The notes: generated by a model not told the origin, from the sequence alone. Positions 13,420-26,323 are shown, counted from the first letter of the stretch. The stretch: DNA of 64,000 nt from Octopus sinensis (GCF_006345805.1 NC_043001.1:67828001-67892000); one strand, 5' to 3'. Translations and numbers: made by a program.

Positions 13420-16400
13420 GTATGGCAGGTCACTTTCGAGTGCTACAGGTAACATGTAACCCAGAACAACCTGTTGCATGGTCGGGTCGTCGGCGACTAA
13501 ACCGGTAACCCCACCAAGCTTGCTTGGTCTGGAGGATGTTTATTGGACACCCTGCGGGATGAAAAACAAAACCCGTCAAAGGGCGGAGGAACTCTTGAGA
13601 GTCAACGGCCATCCAATAAATGTGTTTTTATTTATTTATTTATTTTTTTTCTTCTTAAGGCTTAAGGCTGTATCATGCGCGGGGACATAGAAATAATTGG
13701 ACTGAATACCCGATCGCGCGGTTAAACCATTGGGAGTGAAGGACTCCTATCCTTTGTTAGGGCATCCTTCTAGGAGAAGGTAACTCAGGTAACTGGGATA
13801 ACTCCGACATAAAACCTGCGGCTCAGTGGTTACCGATGATGTTGACTTGTTCTTCTTTTCGGATTATGGCTGCTGTTGCTTAGTGAGTGGGATTGACTCA
13901 GTGCACAGCCTTTCCTCACTTTAAAAAAATCTTTTTGCACAGGTATTGCACGATAACTACATTGGATTGATTAAAGTGATTAACTAATTCATGACTGTTG
14001 ATTGTGCTGTGAGTCTCAACTGAATGGCTGACTGTAGCCTTAAAAATCAAAAATCAATGATGTACCAAAACAGTATAAAAATAAATGGCAGTAAGGAATC
14101 TGGAAGGACATCGGCTGAAAGAGTCTGGCCCGGCAGGGGCTCCAGAGCATCACAATCTGAACCCGGCCGTCATCATGCTACTGTGATAGAACCAAAGAAA
14201 ATAATGAATATTGGCTGTTGGAATGTACGGACACTGCTTGACCACAAGTCCCCTGAACGTCCCGAAAGAAGGACTGCGCTTGTTGCGAAGGAGCTTCAAC
14301 GCTATGATCTTGACATCGTTGCTTTATCTGAGACGAGATTACCTGGAGATGGTCATCTTACAGAATCTTGTGGAAAATATGCATTCTTTTGGAAAGGGAG
14401 AGATGAAGAGCTTAGAGGAGAAGCTGGAGTGGCATTTGCTGTTAAAACTACTCTTGTGGACAAGTTGGAAGAATTCTCAATCGGAATTAACGAGCGTCTT
14501 ATGTCCATGAGAATTCCTTTGGCTAAAAGAAATGATATGACCTTGGTGAGTGTGTATGCTCCAACTATGTGCTATACTGATGACGAAAAACTTTCTTTCT
14601 ACCACGCTTTGAAGGGCATTATAAGAAATATCCCTCGGGCAGACAAAATCATTGTACTGGGTGACTTTAATGCTAGAGTGGGTAAGGATTTTAACACATG
14701 GACTGTAATTGGAAAGCATGGGGTGGGGAAGTGTAATAGTAATGGCATGCTTTTGCTGTAGATGTGTGAGGAGCTGAGTCTGTGTCTTACCAATACCATG
14801 TTTCAATAAAAGAATATGCTTAAGACTAAATGGATGCACCCTGCATCTAAAGAATAGCATATTCTGGATTATATCCTAGTTAGGGTCCGTGACAGACAGG
14901 ATGTGCAGTGTGTTCGTGTTCTTCGTGGAGCTGAGTGTTGGCCTGACCACCGCCTAGTACGTGCAAAAGTGAAATTAGTCACAAAACATAAAATCCGAGC
15001 TGCAGGGATGACCCTGCCTAAAAGACTGAATGTTGATCGTCTTAGGTATAATAGTGTGAAGAGAACTTTACGAGAGGAAATGAATGCTGCAGATATTGGG
15101 GAGGATTGACCGACCCTTAAAAAGTCAGTTTATGATATAGGCAAAAAAGTTCTGGGATTGATACAAAGAAAGCATCAAGATTGGTTCAAAGAAAATGATG
15201 AACATATAGATGATTTATTGGCTGATAAAAGACGTACTTTGTCACGCTATTTGTCAGCAAAGTCACAGGAAAGGGAAGTGTTGCATAGGGAACTCAAAGA
15301 CGTAAAATCACGTGTGAGGCAAAAACTCTCTCAGATGAGGGATACGTGGTGGAGTAAGAAGGCTGACGAGATACAGGCGGCATCAGATTCCAATAATACA
15401 AAGCTGTTGTATGATCTCTTGCGAGAAATTTATGGACCGACATCTTCCCTGATGACACCAATTCGAAGTAGGGATGGTAAAGAACTTCGTGATTCACAAG
15501 GAATTCTGCAAAGGTGGCAAGAACACTTTGATGAACTTTTGAATCAGTATTCTGTAGTTAGTGAGGATGTTCTCAATCTCATCCCTGGATTGCCTGTGAA
15601 GGCAGCACTCGCAGAACCACCAAAGTTGGAAGAAGTTGCAATGGCTGTCTCAAGGTTGAATAATAGGAAGTCTCCGGGTATGGATGCAGAGTTGTTACAG
15701 CATGGTGGTGAGAAAATTCTGCAGAAACTTCACTCTTTGATTGGTAAGGTATGGACTAGTGAATCTGTACCTGAGGACTGGAGAGATGCAGTAATGGTGG
15801 TCCTGTATAAGGGAAAGGGCAACAGGAATGATTGTGGTAATTATAGTGGAATATCATTGCTGTCTGCTGTAGGAAAAGTTTTATGCAGGATACTTCTGGA
15901 TCGTCTGCTGAAATACATTGTAGATTGTGTTCTTCCAGAAAGTCAATCTGGCTTTTGTGTGTGACGCGGCACTGCTGATATGATCTTTTCAGCTAGACAG
16001 CTTCAGGAAAAGTGTGTGGAACAGGGTCTGGATTTGTATCAGATGTTTGTCGATCTGACAAAAGCCTTTGATACCGTCAATAGAAAAGCATTGTGGAAAG
16101 TCCTCCAGAAACTTGGGTGTCCTGAAAAGTTCCTTGCTTTGGTTAGGTCTTTCCATGAAGACATGAATGGTAGGGTGAATGTTAGAGGGAAGATGTCGGA
16201 GCCTATTTCAATACAAAATGGAGTGAAACAGGGGGATATTCTGGCACTGACCCTATTTTCCATATATTTCGCGATGGTGTTCTGTATTGCATTCAGAAAC
16301 TGCAGATACGGTGTTTACGTCCATTATCGAACCTCTGGCAGCATATTTAATATCAGGCGCCTTGCTGCAAAAACAAAGATATTTACCTCTATCATAAGAG

Positions 16401-18485
16401 ACCTTTTGTATGCTGATGATTGTGAGCTAGTAGCACACACAGAGATTGACATGCAACACATTTTGAATGCATTCTCTGATGCTTGCACTGCCTTAGGATG
16501 GACAGTCAATCTCAAGAAAACTGTTGTCATGCATCAACCTGCCCCTGGTAAGCAATATAGTGTACCAAATATCTATGTGAATGGTAAACGACTTGATGTA
16601 GTCGATCAGTTTGTCTACCTGGGAAGCACTATTAATAGATATGGCAATGTGGATGATGAAATTCCATATAGAATTAGGAAAGCAAGTGTTGCTTTCGGAA
16701 GGCTAGAAAAGCGCCTCTGGAGTCGGCGAGACATATGCAGAAAGACAAAGATAAAGGTGTACAAGGCATGTGTGCTCCCTTCTCTTCTCTATGCCTGCGA
16801 GACGTGGGTCACATATCGATACCACCTTAAACATCTGGAACGTTTCCATCAGATGTGCCTCAGACGGATCTATACGAGGGGCGTTCAATAAGTAATGCCC
16901 CTGACCCACTTCCCATAGCAGTAGAGCAACGACACTTGGCCCAGTTATTAGTCTTTTCCTACATAGGAACTACCCAGAGTTATGCATTTCTCCCATCGTT
17001 TGATACAGCTCTGGAGACCGTTTTTGTAGAAGACCCCAGCTTGGTCCTCCAACCACGACGTGACTTCAGAAATCAAGGCTGCATCATCTGGGAAACGCTT
17101 TCCTTTCAAAATCAACTTCATGGCTGGGAAGAGGTGAAAATCAGAGGGTGCAAGGGGAGGAGTTCATAGCTGCACGCCTGTGCTTCTGATCTGGCGACAC
17201 GCGAGTTGTGGACCGGAGCGTTGTCCTGCAGGAGGAGGATGCCTTTGCTGATCTTGCCCCGCCTCTTGATTTTGATAGCTTCTCTTAATTTCCTCAAAAG
17301 TGAAGCATAACAGGCTCCTGTAATTGTGGTATCCTTTGCCAGGAAATCTGTCATCACTACTCCGTCCTGGTCCCAGAAGACTGTGAGCATACCCTTGTCA
17401 GCGGAGGGCTGCACCCTTGCCTTCTTTGGAGGAGGTGAGTCACGGTGCTTTCACTGCATTGACTGGGCTTTGGTCTATGAATCATAGTGATGGACCCAGG
17501 TTTTATCCTGTGTGATCAGTCTTTTGAAAAATTTTGACTCATCTTCTTGGCACATCTCCAAATTCATCCTCGAGCACTCAACGCGTTCTTGCTTCTGGAA
17601 AGGTGTGAGCAACCTGGAAATCCATCTGGCAGACACCTTTTGCATATGCAAATGGTCATGAATGATAGTTTCCACAGACCCGGTACTAATCTTGACCGTA
17701 TGGGCTATTTGGCGAATAGTTATGCGTTGACCTTCCAAAATGGCAGCCTCAACTTGACGGACAGACGTCTCATCAACGGCAGAAGGGGGCGACCAGATCT
17801 GGGAGCTGTTTCCACAGAATGAAGGATTCAAGGATACCAAAACAACTATTTTATGGAGAGTTAGCTAATGGAGAACGACCTCCACATAAACCAAAAAAGA
17901 GGTATAAGGACTTGCTGAAGGCTTCCTTAAGAGATGCTTGCATCTCTTCTGACACATGGGAAGGCATAGCTATTGATCGTAGCAGGTGGAGAAGGATTGT
18001 GCATGAGGGGGCAGCCACGTTTGAGAAATTTCGAGTTGCACATGAGAAAGTAAGGAGGGATGTCAGGAAGAGCATCGCTGTTACACTTCCAGAAGGGAAG
18101 GGTCTTCCTTTGATTCTGACATGCAATGTCTGTGCAAGATCCTGCCTCAGTAAAGCTGGACTCATGAGTCATCTTCGTAGTCGTAAAACGAGACAGATGA
18201 GTGACAACCTGGCCACTGGTGGTGGTGTAACACACCATACGAATCATATCTCTCGGGCATGTGGAAGAGAGTGTAATTCGGCAGGAGGACTTCAACGACA
18301 TGCAAAGGTACATGAAGCCCAGTTACAACTACAGTCGGCTATTACCAGTAAAGGTCTTAGTTGCCAATTTTGTACAAGACATTGTAGATCTTTAGCTGGG
18401 CTAAAAAGTCACATTCGATCACAGCATCAGTAACAGTTAAGCTTCGTGCAATGGCCATACTCGATAACGAAGGGGCAGCCATAAT
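13420..18485 (+). mobile_element. RTE-clade LINE, near full length but disrupted and interrupted by a mariner
   Basis: APE endonuclease motifs NIGCWNVRTL, DIVALSETR, VSVYAPT, GDFNARVG (14024-14761). RT motifs GKGNRNDCGNYSGISLL, FVDLTKAFDTV, GVKQGDIL, LLYADD (15158-16891). C-terminus RIPKQLFYGEL with zinc fingers (17819-18433). Short 3' UTR ending in a microsatellite. The 5' boundary is approximate. Confidence 0.92.
16875..17815 (-). mobile_element. mariner (DD34D) transposon, 3' portion, nested in the RTE
   Basis: TA followed by the TIR CGAGGGGCGTTCAATAAGTAATGCCC at 16875. Transposase pieces KVSARW..RLL, LITQDKTWVHHY, KGMLTVFWD and LLLQDNAPVH. Confidence 0.9.
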
Positions 18486-18490
18486 GTATG

Positions 18491-18564
<74 letters not shown>

Positions 18565-19194
18565 TGCGTATGGATGAATGGTTGACTGTGGATACTCTGA
18601 ATGTAAACAAGAAACTTTCGAAATATTTTCTTCGTGAACGAAGTGAACGTTTAGAAATAGGAACGAAAAGAAAAAAAATCATGATTTGGGAGAATGCAAT
18701 TGTGCAATATCAAATTAAATGATGTGCATTCAAGCTTTAAATCTGAAACAATGTTTGTTTCCTAATTCTCATGTCAAGTCATTATTATCTTACATGTTTT
18801 ATGGATTATCATTTACCAATTTACATAGTGGCCCAAATTAGAGAACGAAAATAAAAAGTAAAGATATTTACATTTCTACTTCATTTTTCAGAAAGGGATT
18901 TTTACTGTATATTCTTTAAAGTATGTTCATTATTTACAATAAATTTTGTAGGAAGTGATTAATAACTAAATTAATAGATTAATAGAAAAAAATGTTTATT
19001 TGAAAAATACAAGTTAGACAAAATTAGATGGAAAAAATGTATGACGTAAAATTCCTGAAATCAAAATTCAGCCACAAAGTTTTACAATCTACATCAATAT
19101 ATCAATAAAATGTGTACGTTCCTTTATTTTTAATGACTTCAGCACATCTCCGTCCACAGAATTTGACCAATTTCTCACATTGTTCTGACGTAAA

Positions 19195-22100
19195 GTTGCA
19201 GCAATAAACATGATGAACCATGCCCCCATGATCTCAGAGCAAGGGGTGGGGACTAATAAGGATCAAACAGGAACAGAAAAAGGAATGGACTCGGATCGGA
19301 AATAGGCAACGAGAAGGGAAACGTTAAAGGAAATATAGATGAGGAATTCAGCTGCTGCGGAAAGGTGCTTTCTAGTTACATCGGGCTGAGAATTCACCTA
19401 GGGAAAGTGTGTTAGAAGAAAGTGATTCAAGAGCGCGGGTTGAAAAACCAGAAGACGTGTGGCCAGAATCTCCTGGAAAGAAACCATAGCGAGGGTCATT
19501 CCACAGTTGAATCGGAAAAGCCAAGAAGAGAAACAAGCGTGAAGAAGCCAACGATTAAGTGGTCGAAGACAAATGATACAGCAAGCTATAAGAAATTCAA
19601 CGACGAGGTAGCAAGAATGACCACCAAATTCAAAGGGGACAATGAACAAAAGCTCGAGAACTTGGCCAATATAATCTATCAGAAAGGAGAGAAAAGATTT
19701 GGACTTGAAAACAACAAGAAATGGAGAATCATCGGCAAAGGGCGGAACATGGAGGAGAGAAAGATGGATAGCAAAGATACGAGAAGAAAAAACTCAGAAC
19801 CAGATGGAGGGATGCAAAAGAGGAGGAAAAAGAAGGGTTAAAACAGCTATATGAAGAGATAAAAAAGAGGCATCGAGAACAACTAAGAAAGGAAAGAAGG
19901 AAGAACAGAAGAAAGGAGAGAGAAAAGAACTATCACAGTTTTGTAAACAACCCATAACAATATGCAAAACGTTTATTTACTGAAAGTAAAAGGGGAAGAT
20001 TGTATTGCACGAAACAGGACCGCGAACGCCGTCTTAACGGGACATACAGCGACGCTGATAGAAATAAAGTACTCTCAGAAATGCTCGGGCTGAAGCAACC
20101 ACCATTCAATTTGAGAGTGACATCAGACGGAAAGAAATGGCTGAATTCATTAGAAAAGCAAGAGCAAAATGTTCATCAGGGAACGACGGAGTTAGCTACA
20201 AGGTTTATAAGTATTGCCCAAAATTGCATTTACAACTGTTTGCACTGATAAGGGAAATGTGGAAGAAGAAAGACGTAGCAGAGCGATTGTGTAAGGCTGA
20301 AGGTATTTATTTACCTAAAGAGAAGGAGGCAAAAACACTAGGGCAATTCAGACCCATTTCCCTATTAAATATCGATGGGAAAATCCTGTTTGGAATCATT
20401 GCCAGGTGAATGCCAAGTTGTTCAAAGAATGCTCACGTGTTACTACGATAAATTGAAGATGAGATTTACAGCAGGGAAGTTCACAACGGAGTGGCAACGG
20501 CTTGAAGTAGGTATTGCAACTGGATGCACGATATCAGTATTCTTATTTATGCTGGTCATGGAGATGTTACTAAGATCAACAAACTGTGAGAAATCTGTTA
20601 CAAAGACATCATTCAAGGCTTTTATGGATGACGTTACTGTATTATCAGAAAGTAGAGAAGCAGCAGATGGAACGTTAGAGCGGTTGGACGAATAATAGGA
20701 AGGGCGCAAATCGCGAAGCGCGGCTTTCGTGAAAAGAGTCCAAAAAGAAGGGAAATTTAGGATAGGAGGTGAAGACATACCAACGGTGAAAGAACAACCA
20801 GTAAAGAGTCTCGGCAGATGATATAGAAATTTAATGTTGGATACTGTAATTTGGACTGTACCCAAGGATTATGTGGCCATTGAAAATGTATGAAATAGCC
20901 TCAAGTAGAGTAGAAAGGATGGAACAAAGATGCTGTGTGTTTATCAGAAAATGGCTTGACCTTCCCAAACCACTGAGTACAACTGCACTATATGGAAAAC
21001 CTGTGCTGCAACTACCGATAACATCAATTGCCGAAGAATTGCAGGAAAGGCAAGGACAGTAATGATGCTAAGGTATTCGAAAGATCAGAAATCCGAAAAA
21101 ACCCTCCAAAGGTACGAACAGAGACGAAATAGAAAGCGAAAGAGGCAGTAAACAAGGCGATCGGAAAGCTAAGGCATGCCGATATAGTCGGAGCGACGCA
21201 GGAAGCAAGAGTCTGTCTAGGGGTGCAAAATTTCAAGCCATTTTGCATAAGCAGTGTAAAAGTGATGAAAGAGGCAATGGTACACGAAGCAAGGAGGAAG
21301 AAGAAAGGCGAAATGTACATGTGGTGCAATGTAGTCAACAGGGACAGTGCCTGTGATAGGAGGAATATGTAGTCAGTCGCAGAATCTCACGGAAGGGACT
21401 TTGGGTTTCGGAACAAGCAAGAACACCCTTCCTGATCAAGTCTCCTTTCGAAGTTTTACCTTCACCATCGAATTTAGTCCAGTGGAACATACAAACAAAC
21501 AACTGATGAATGTAGATGCAGAGAGAAAGCGACGGTAAGACATGTTCTGTCAAACTACAGACTAGGACTAAACCGATATACATGGCGTCACAATCAAGTC
21601 CCCGGTGTCATAAGCGCAGCACTCAAAGAGAAGATCAAGGGATATAATAAGGGAGAATACCCGAAAGTGGAAAAGCGCGGAAAAATATACTTCCAGAAGG
21701 AGGGAAAAGGACGTAAGGCCAAGTCTTCAAATAAAATATATGAGACAGCAAAGGATGGAAGGGATTTGGGGAGATGGCTGCAGATTTGGAAAGACTGTTA
21801 ATATTTCCACTCATAAAAACAACAAAAAAGCCAGACTTAATCCTATGGAACACAGAACAGAAAATTGGAATTTTGCTAGAGCTGACAGTGCGATGGGAAG
21901 AAAACATCGCTAATGCAAGGTAACGGAAGAAGAGGTATGGGAGATTAATCGAAGAGTGCGGAGAACAGGGATGTACTGTCGAGTATTACCACCTGGCAGT
22001 GGGGGCTAGAGGTTTCATTGAAAGGAAAATGACGACGTTATTTAAAAGAAGGTTTGCATTTTCGTGCTGAGGGCTGAGCAAAGTAATAAGGATACAGGAG

Positions 22101-22710
22101 GCAGTCGAAAAAGCCAGCTTCTATATATGACTGAAGCGAGGAGACCCAAAATAGCCAAATTTCTCGACTGGGTAATAGCGTCGCTAGGTGAGGCTGGCTG
22201 ACACTTAAACAGCATCGCTGATTGACAGGTGGGCCAAGGTAGCGATCTCGTTCATAGCGCGCCCTCCTCCTGGTTCGAAAGCTTGTGCCACCAAACAGCT
22301 GGTCGGCTCTGGCTGCTGGGACTGAAACTAACACGACTCAAGGTAGGTTTAGAGAGGGCGTGGGCTAAAACTATGCACCCTTCCCCTCCATTGGTCAGTT
22401 GAAGCTTAGACAGTGTCACATGATAGTTAGCTGGTGCTGGTTGCTGGAGCCTACCGGCGAGTATTTCAAGGGAAATTTGGCAGGATGGTCAGTAGCCCGC
22501 TGACATTCGTTGACGCTGCATAGAAGAAACTAAAGAACAGAAGAAAAAAGGAGAAAGAAGAAACGCACTCAACACCAAAGCTAATGGCACTTCCGAAGGT
22601 AGAGGAGTAGGGGCCGAAACTGGACGTGGTTCCTCCTGATGATGTCTTTAGCTACTGGATCCTATAAAAGAGCTGTTGAGGTAGCGAACCACGAAACGTG
22701 GTTGGAATTC
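19195..22710 (+). mobile_element. HERO-like RLE-type non-LTR retrotransposon, degraded
   Basis: N-terminal CCGKV..GLRIH.GK finger, KPTIKW, SSGNDGVSYKVYK, FRPISLLNIDGK, GCTISVFLF, AFMDDVT and LYGKPVLQLP. Manual translation near 21540-21900 gives HVLSN...RYTWRHNQV and PDLILW...LELTV.WEE (PD-(D/E)xK-type nuclease). Many frameshifts and deletions. Confidence 0.85.
22591..22706 (+). ncRNA. Candidate hammerhead ribozyme in the 3' UTR of the HERO-like element
   Basis: GUA at 22599-22601, stem I GAGGAG(22602-07)/UUCCUC(22630-35), CUGAUGA at 22636-42, GAAAC at 22616-20 and 22693-97. Confidence 0.5.
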
Positions 22711-24609
22711 CTCCATCCGTTCTTCCTGAAGTTTTCCCCACAAAATCGTAATATTCTCAGGTCGTAACATTCGGTGCTTTCTGATCTTATCACCATGTAT
22801 CTTCCATAAGTTTTCAACGAGAGTAAGGTCAGCTGGCCAATGCATCACAATACTGTTTTCAGCTTCAAACGTCTCCTTGACTATTTTAATACTGTGACTT
22901 GGCACATTATCCTGCATAAAGATTGGCTGACACGCTGGAGATGACTTCATAGCTGGCACAACATGTTGCAGAACGATGCTTTTGTATATAGCTGCATTCA
23001 CATTACCATGAATCCAGATCAAAGGCCCACACCTGCTTCAGAAATCATTACCAACACTATTAAACCCCAACGTCCAAATTTAACTGATTTCTTCAAACAT
23101 TTAGGAAACAATCTTTCATCCTTACAGAATCTCACGTACTGTCTACTATTGGAGCCAACCAAATTGAACTTGCTTTCGTCACTGAAAAACATATGCAACC
23201 AGTTGTCGCCGCCCAAAGTACGTGCTCGTTGGCAAAAGCTAACTTCGCTTTTCGGTTCTTCATACTGATAAGAAGTTTAATGGCGGGGAAACGGGTCTGA
23301 AGTTTGACTTCTTTCAAACGACGAGCCAGAGTCATCTGAAACATATTCATTCCGTAATCACGATTTGCTTGGCGAGAAATTCCTGCTGTTAAGAAACGGT
23401 TTCTTAAAGATAGCCTCTAAATCACACGGTCTTGTCGAACACTTGTTTTCTGTGGTCTCCCTGGTTTTTTTAGTGACATAAACGAGTTGTTTCTTCATAA
23501 AGTTTGAGTATTCTTGAAACATCACCTTTTGATCAGTTAATGTCGCTGGTCATTGCAGATATTGTCATCCCTTCTTGTCATCCCATTGCAGATATTGTCA
23601 TCCCTTCAATGTGACCACTCCCTTCCTGAGGCTTTCATCAACTTTACGTCGGCTTTCCATGGTTGTTAATTCATTGCTGTTCTATATAAATCTTTGCACT
23701 GTTAGGTCAACTTAGTTTACATCGGTCGGAGCGTTTTCAGATTTTACTTTTTGAATTTTACGCCATACGTTCTCTAATTTTGTCCACCTTGTATTTTTCT
23801 CTATTATAAATTATATAGTTATTAATTAATTCCTACAAAATTTACAAAATACCCTAAAGTATATATACTTTAAAATAATAAACTATAAAAATCCCATTCG
23901 GGTAAATGAAGTAGAAATGTCAATATCTTTAATTTTTATTTTCGTTCTCTAATTTTGGTCACTACTGTACACCGAAAGGTTATGGAATAAAACTTATTCA
24001 ATTCTAACGATTTATCTTTAGTATACAAAAATAAAACCTTTATTTACTTAATCAATTGGGTAACGTTAATCAATTGCCGATATATTTCGAAAACTGACTG
24101 ATCCTAAAATTGTGTCTGTTCGTAAAGGTGGTAGTGGAAAACAGTACTATATAGTAATTGCTATATAATAACAACCGACATAAATTGCTGGCTGTTGGTT
24201 GAGTTCTGTCACACTTCACACTGTATCGAGAAGGGGAAAGAATAAAAGAGTTAACAATAAAGGTGCAAGATGATAGTCTTATAATTTTCTGAAAAATACA
24301 CAATTTTTAAAAATGAAACTTTGCAGAAATAGGCTTTCAGTGGAGTAGATTGCAATTACGTTGATAAAATTTAGAAACATAATAGCGTATATTTATTGCA
24401 AATATACAAATGAGAAATTTGTTTTGTTTCCTTTTATTTTAAGGTCATAAATATTTTTCTTTTGAAAGTTAATGTTTATTTCATCATTGTGTATAAGCAA
24501 AAAAAAAAAAGAAGAAAAAATTGATAAAAGTTAAATTACAATTATTGTATATATGGCATATTCCCTGATATTAGCCATGGTGGCAAACATGTACTTTCAG
24601 AGTTACCCA

Positions 24610-25130
24610 CCATATGATGGTTTACACCTTGGTAATCACTGTTATTCTTAATCGTCGTAAACTGTCTTCGCATATTGAATTCAAACATAAAATGCTACCA
24701 AAAGGGATTACATCTGTTATCGTTGTTGCAAATGAATCAGGCTGGATATGGATTAATGTTTGAGGCGTAGATTCGATTGGTTTGGAATTGTCGTGCTGGT
24801 ACTTTGCTTCTATCAAAATCAATGTTCGTATCGAATTCTTTTCGTAGACATTTTACTGATAATGTAAAAAAGAGTGTGCAGTAACATAAAGCAGATTTTG
24901 TTGTCATTCTAGGTGGATTAACAGGTATTTTAAAATCACTGGATATTGGACACTAATAGATACTTAAACAAAAATTGAAAGTATTATATTTAGAATACGT
25001 AGTAAAGCACAGCCACGGTTTTACTGCTTTAGACAAAATTAAAAGAGCCTTCACTGCATTCAATTTTGTATCATGGACGGAAGAATCTCAGAACTATTGA
25101 TTCTGATAGCCTTAATGGTGAAAATAAAAT
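24610..25130 (+). pseudogene. Highly decayed pogo-like DDE transposase remnant
   Basis: Manual translation gives FTLVITVILNRRKLSSHIEFK, NESGW and VVILGGLTGILKSLDIG, matching the pogo VIPGGLT..LQPLD motif. Confidence 0.6.
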
Positions 25131-25489
25131 AAAATACATTGCGAATGGACGGATGGATCAAAAAGATGGCGGTATGTGACAAGAATATATTGATATTGAT
25201 AATGATGAGAGGATGATGGTGATGATGCGAATGACGACGACGAGGACGACGATGATTATAATGATGATGACGACGGCGACGACGATGAGGATAGCGATGA
25301 TGATGGCGATGATGATGATGATGTTGATAATGATATAATGACGACTACAGTGATGGTGGAACAATCATACACATACATGCATACACGCACTCACGTACAC
25401 AACACACACACAGGTACGCAAACACATGCACAAACACACACGCGCGCGCACACACACGCGCACGCACGCACGCACACATATATACACAC

Positions 25490-25830
25490 ATACTCAACGG
25501 GCTTCCACGCAGTTTCCGACTACCAAATAAAGTTACAAGCCATTGCACGCACACACACACACACTCATATATACACACATACACGACGGGCTTCCACGCA
25601 GTTTCCGACTACCAAATAAAGTTACAAGCCATTGCACGCACACACACTCATATATACACACATACTCGACGGGCTTCCACGCAGTTTCCGACTACCAAAT
25701 AAAGTTACAAGCCATTGGTCGGTCTGGAGCTATAATAGAAGTCACTTAACCACGGTTCTTTGCAGTGGGACTGAATCCGAAAAAAATATGCTCGCAAAGC
25801 GAGCTTCTTAATCACATAGTCATTGTTTTC
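25490..25830 (-). mobile_element. tRNA-derived SINE with a triplicated internal 49-bp segment
   Basis: The same SINE head as 6520-6635 at 25740-25825. Identical 49-mers at 25497-25545, 25586-25634 and 25669-25717. Confidence 0.75.
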
Positions 25831-26263
25831 AAAATTAACTGAAACAGAGTCTGTGTATTTCAACAGAAATATGGGGAAAAAAGGGTGAAAGAAACCTTTC
25901 TAAAAATAAAAGGCAAAATCCCTACTCCGCGTAAGAAAAGAGTGCGCATTACACACAGTTATTGCACTACTTTTTGGTTTTGCATTCACATTGCTTTATA
26001 TTTCATGTTTTGATTCCTAGATGAAGAAATTCGGGACAAAGAATGAAAATTCAAATTTTGTAAATCTCGTAAATGTTTGAGTACCCGGCCCTTCCCCACG
26101 AATACTGTATTAAAAACTCGGCTAGGTTCTAGTTTTATTTTATTTTTCTTATTAAGGCTTTCTCGAGTTTTGTATGCTTATATGCATGTATATGTGAGTG
26201 TGTGTATGAGTATGTATATACATGTTTGTATACGCCCACAAACATACATATTTATGTATTCAT

Positions 26264-26323
<60 letters not shown>

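Larger units (their letters stand above)
18824..23967 (-). mobile_element. Tc1-type IR/DR transposon (DD34E), split by a HERO insertion
   Basis: About 200-bp TIRs at 18824-19030 and 23768-23967 with internal direct repeats (CAAAATTAGAGAACG) and flanking TA. Transposase body at 22711-23670 (FSDESKFNL, FMQDN, ENLW). C-terminal EQCEKLVKFCGRRCAEVIKNKGTY is on the minus strand at about 19110-19194. Confidence 0.85.

Noticed and set aside
25497-25717. CRISPR-like repeat-spacer pattern
   Set aside because: Eukaryotic context, the repeat is part of a SINE, the spacers are mutually similar CA tracts, and there are no cas genes.
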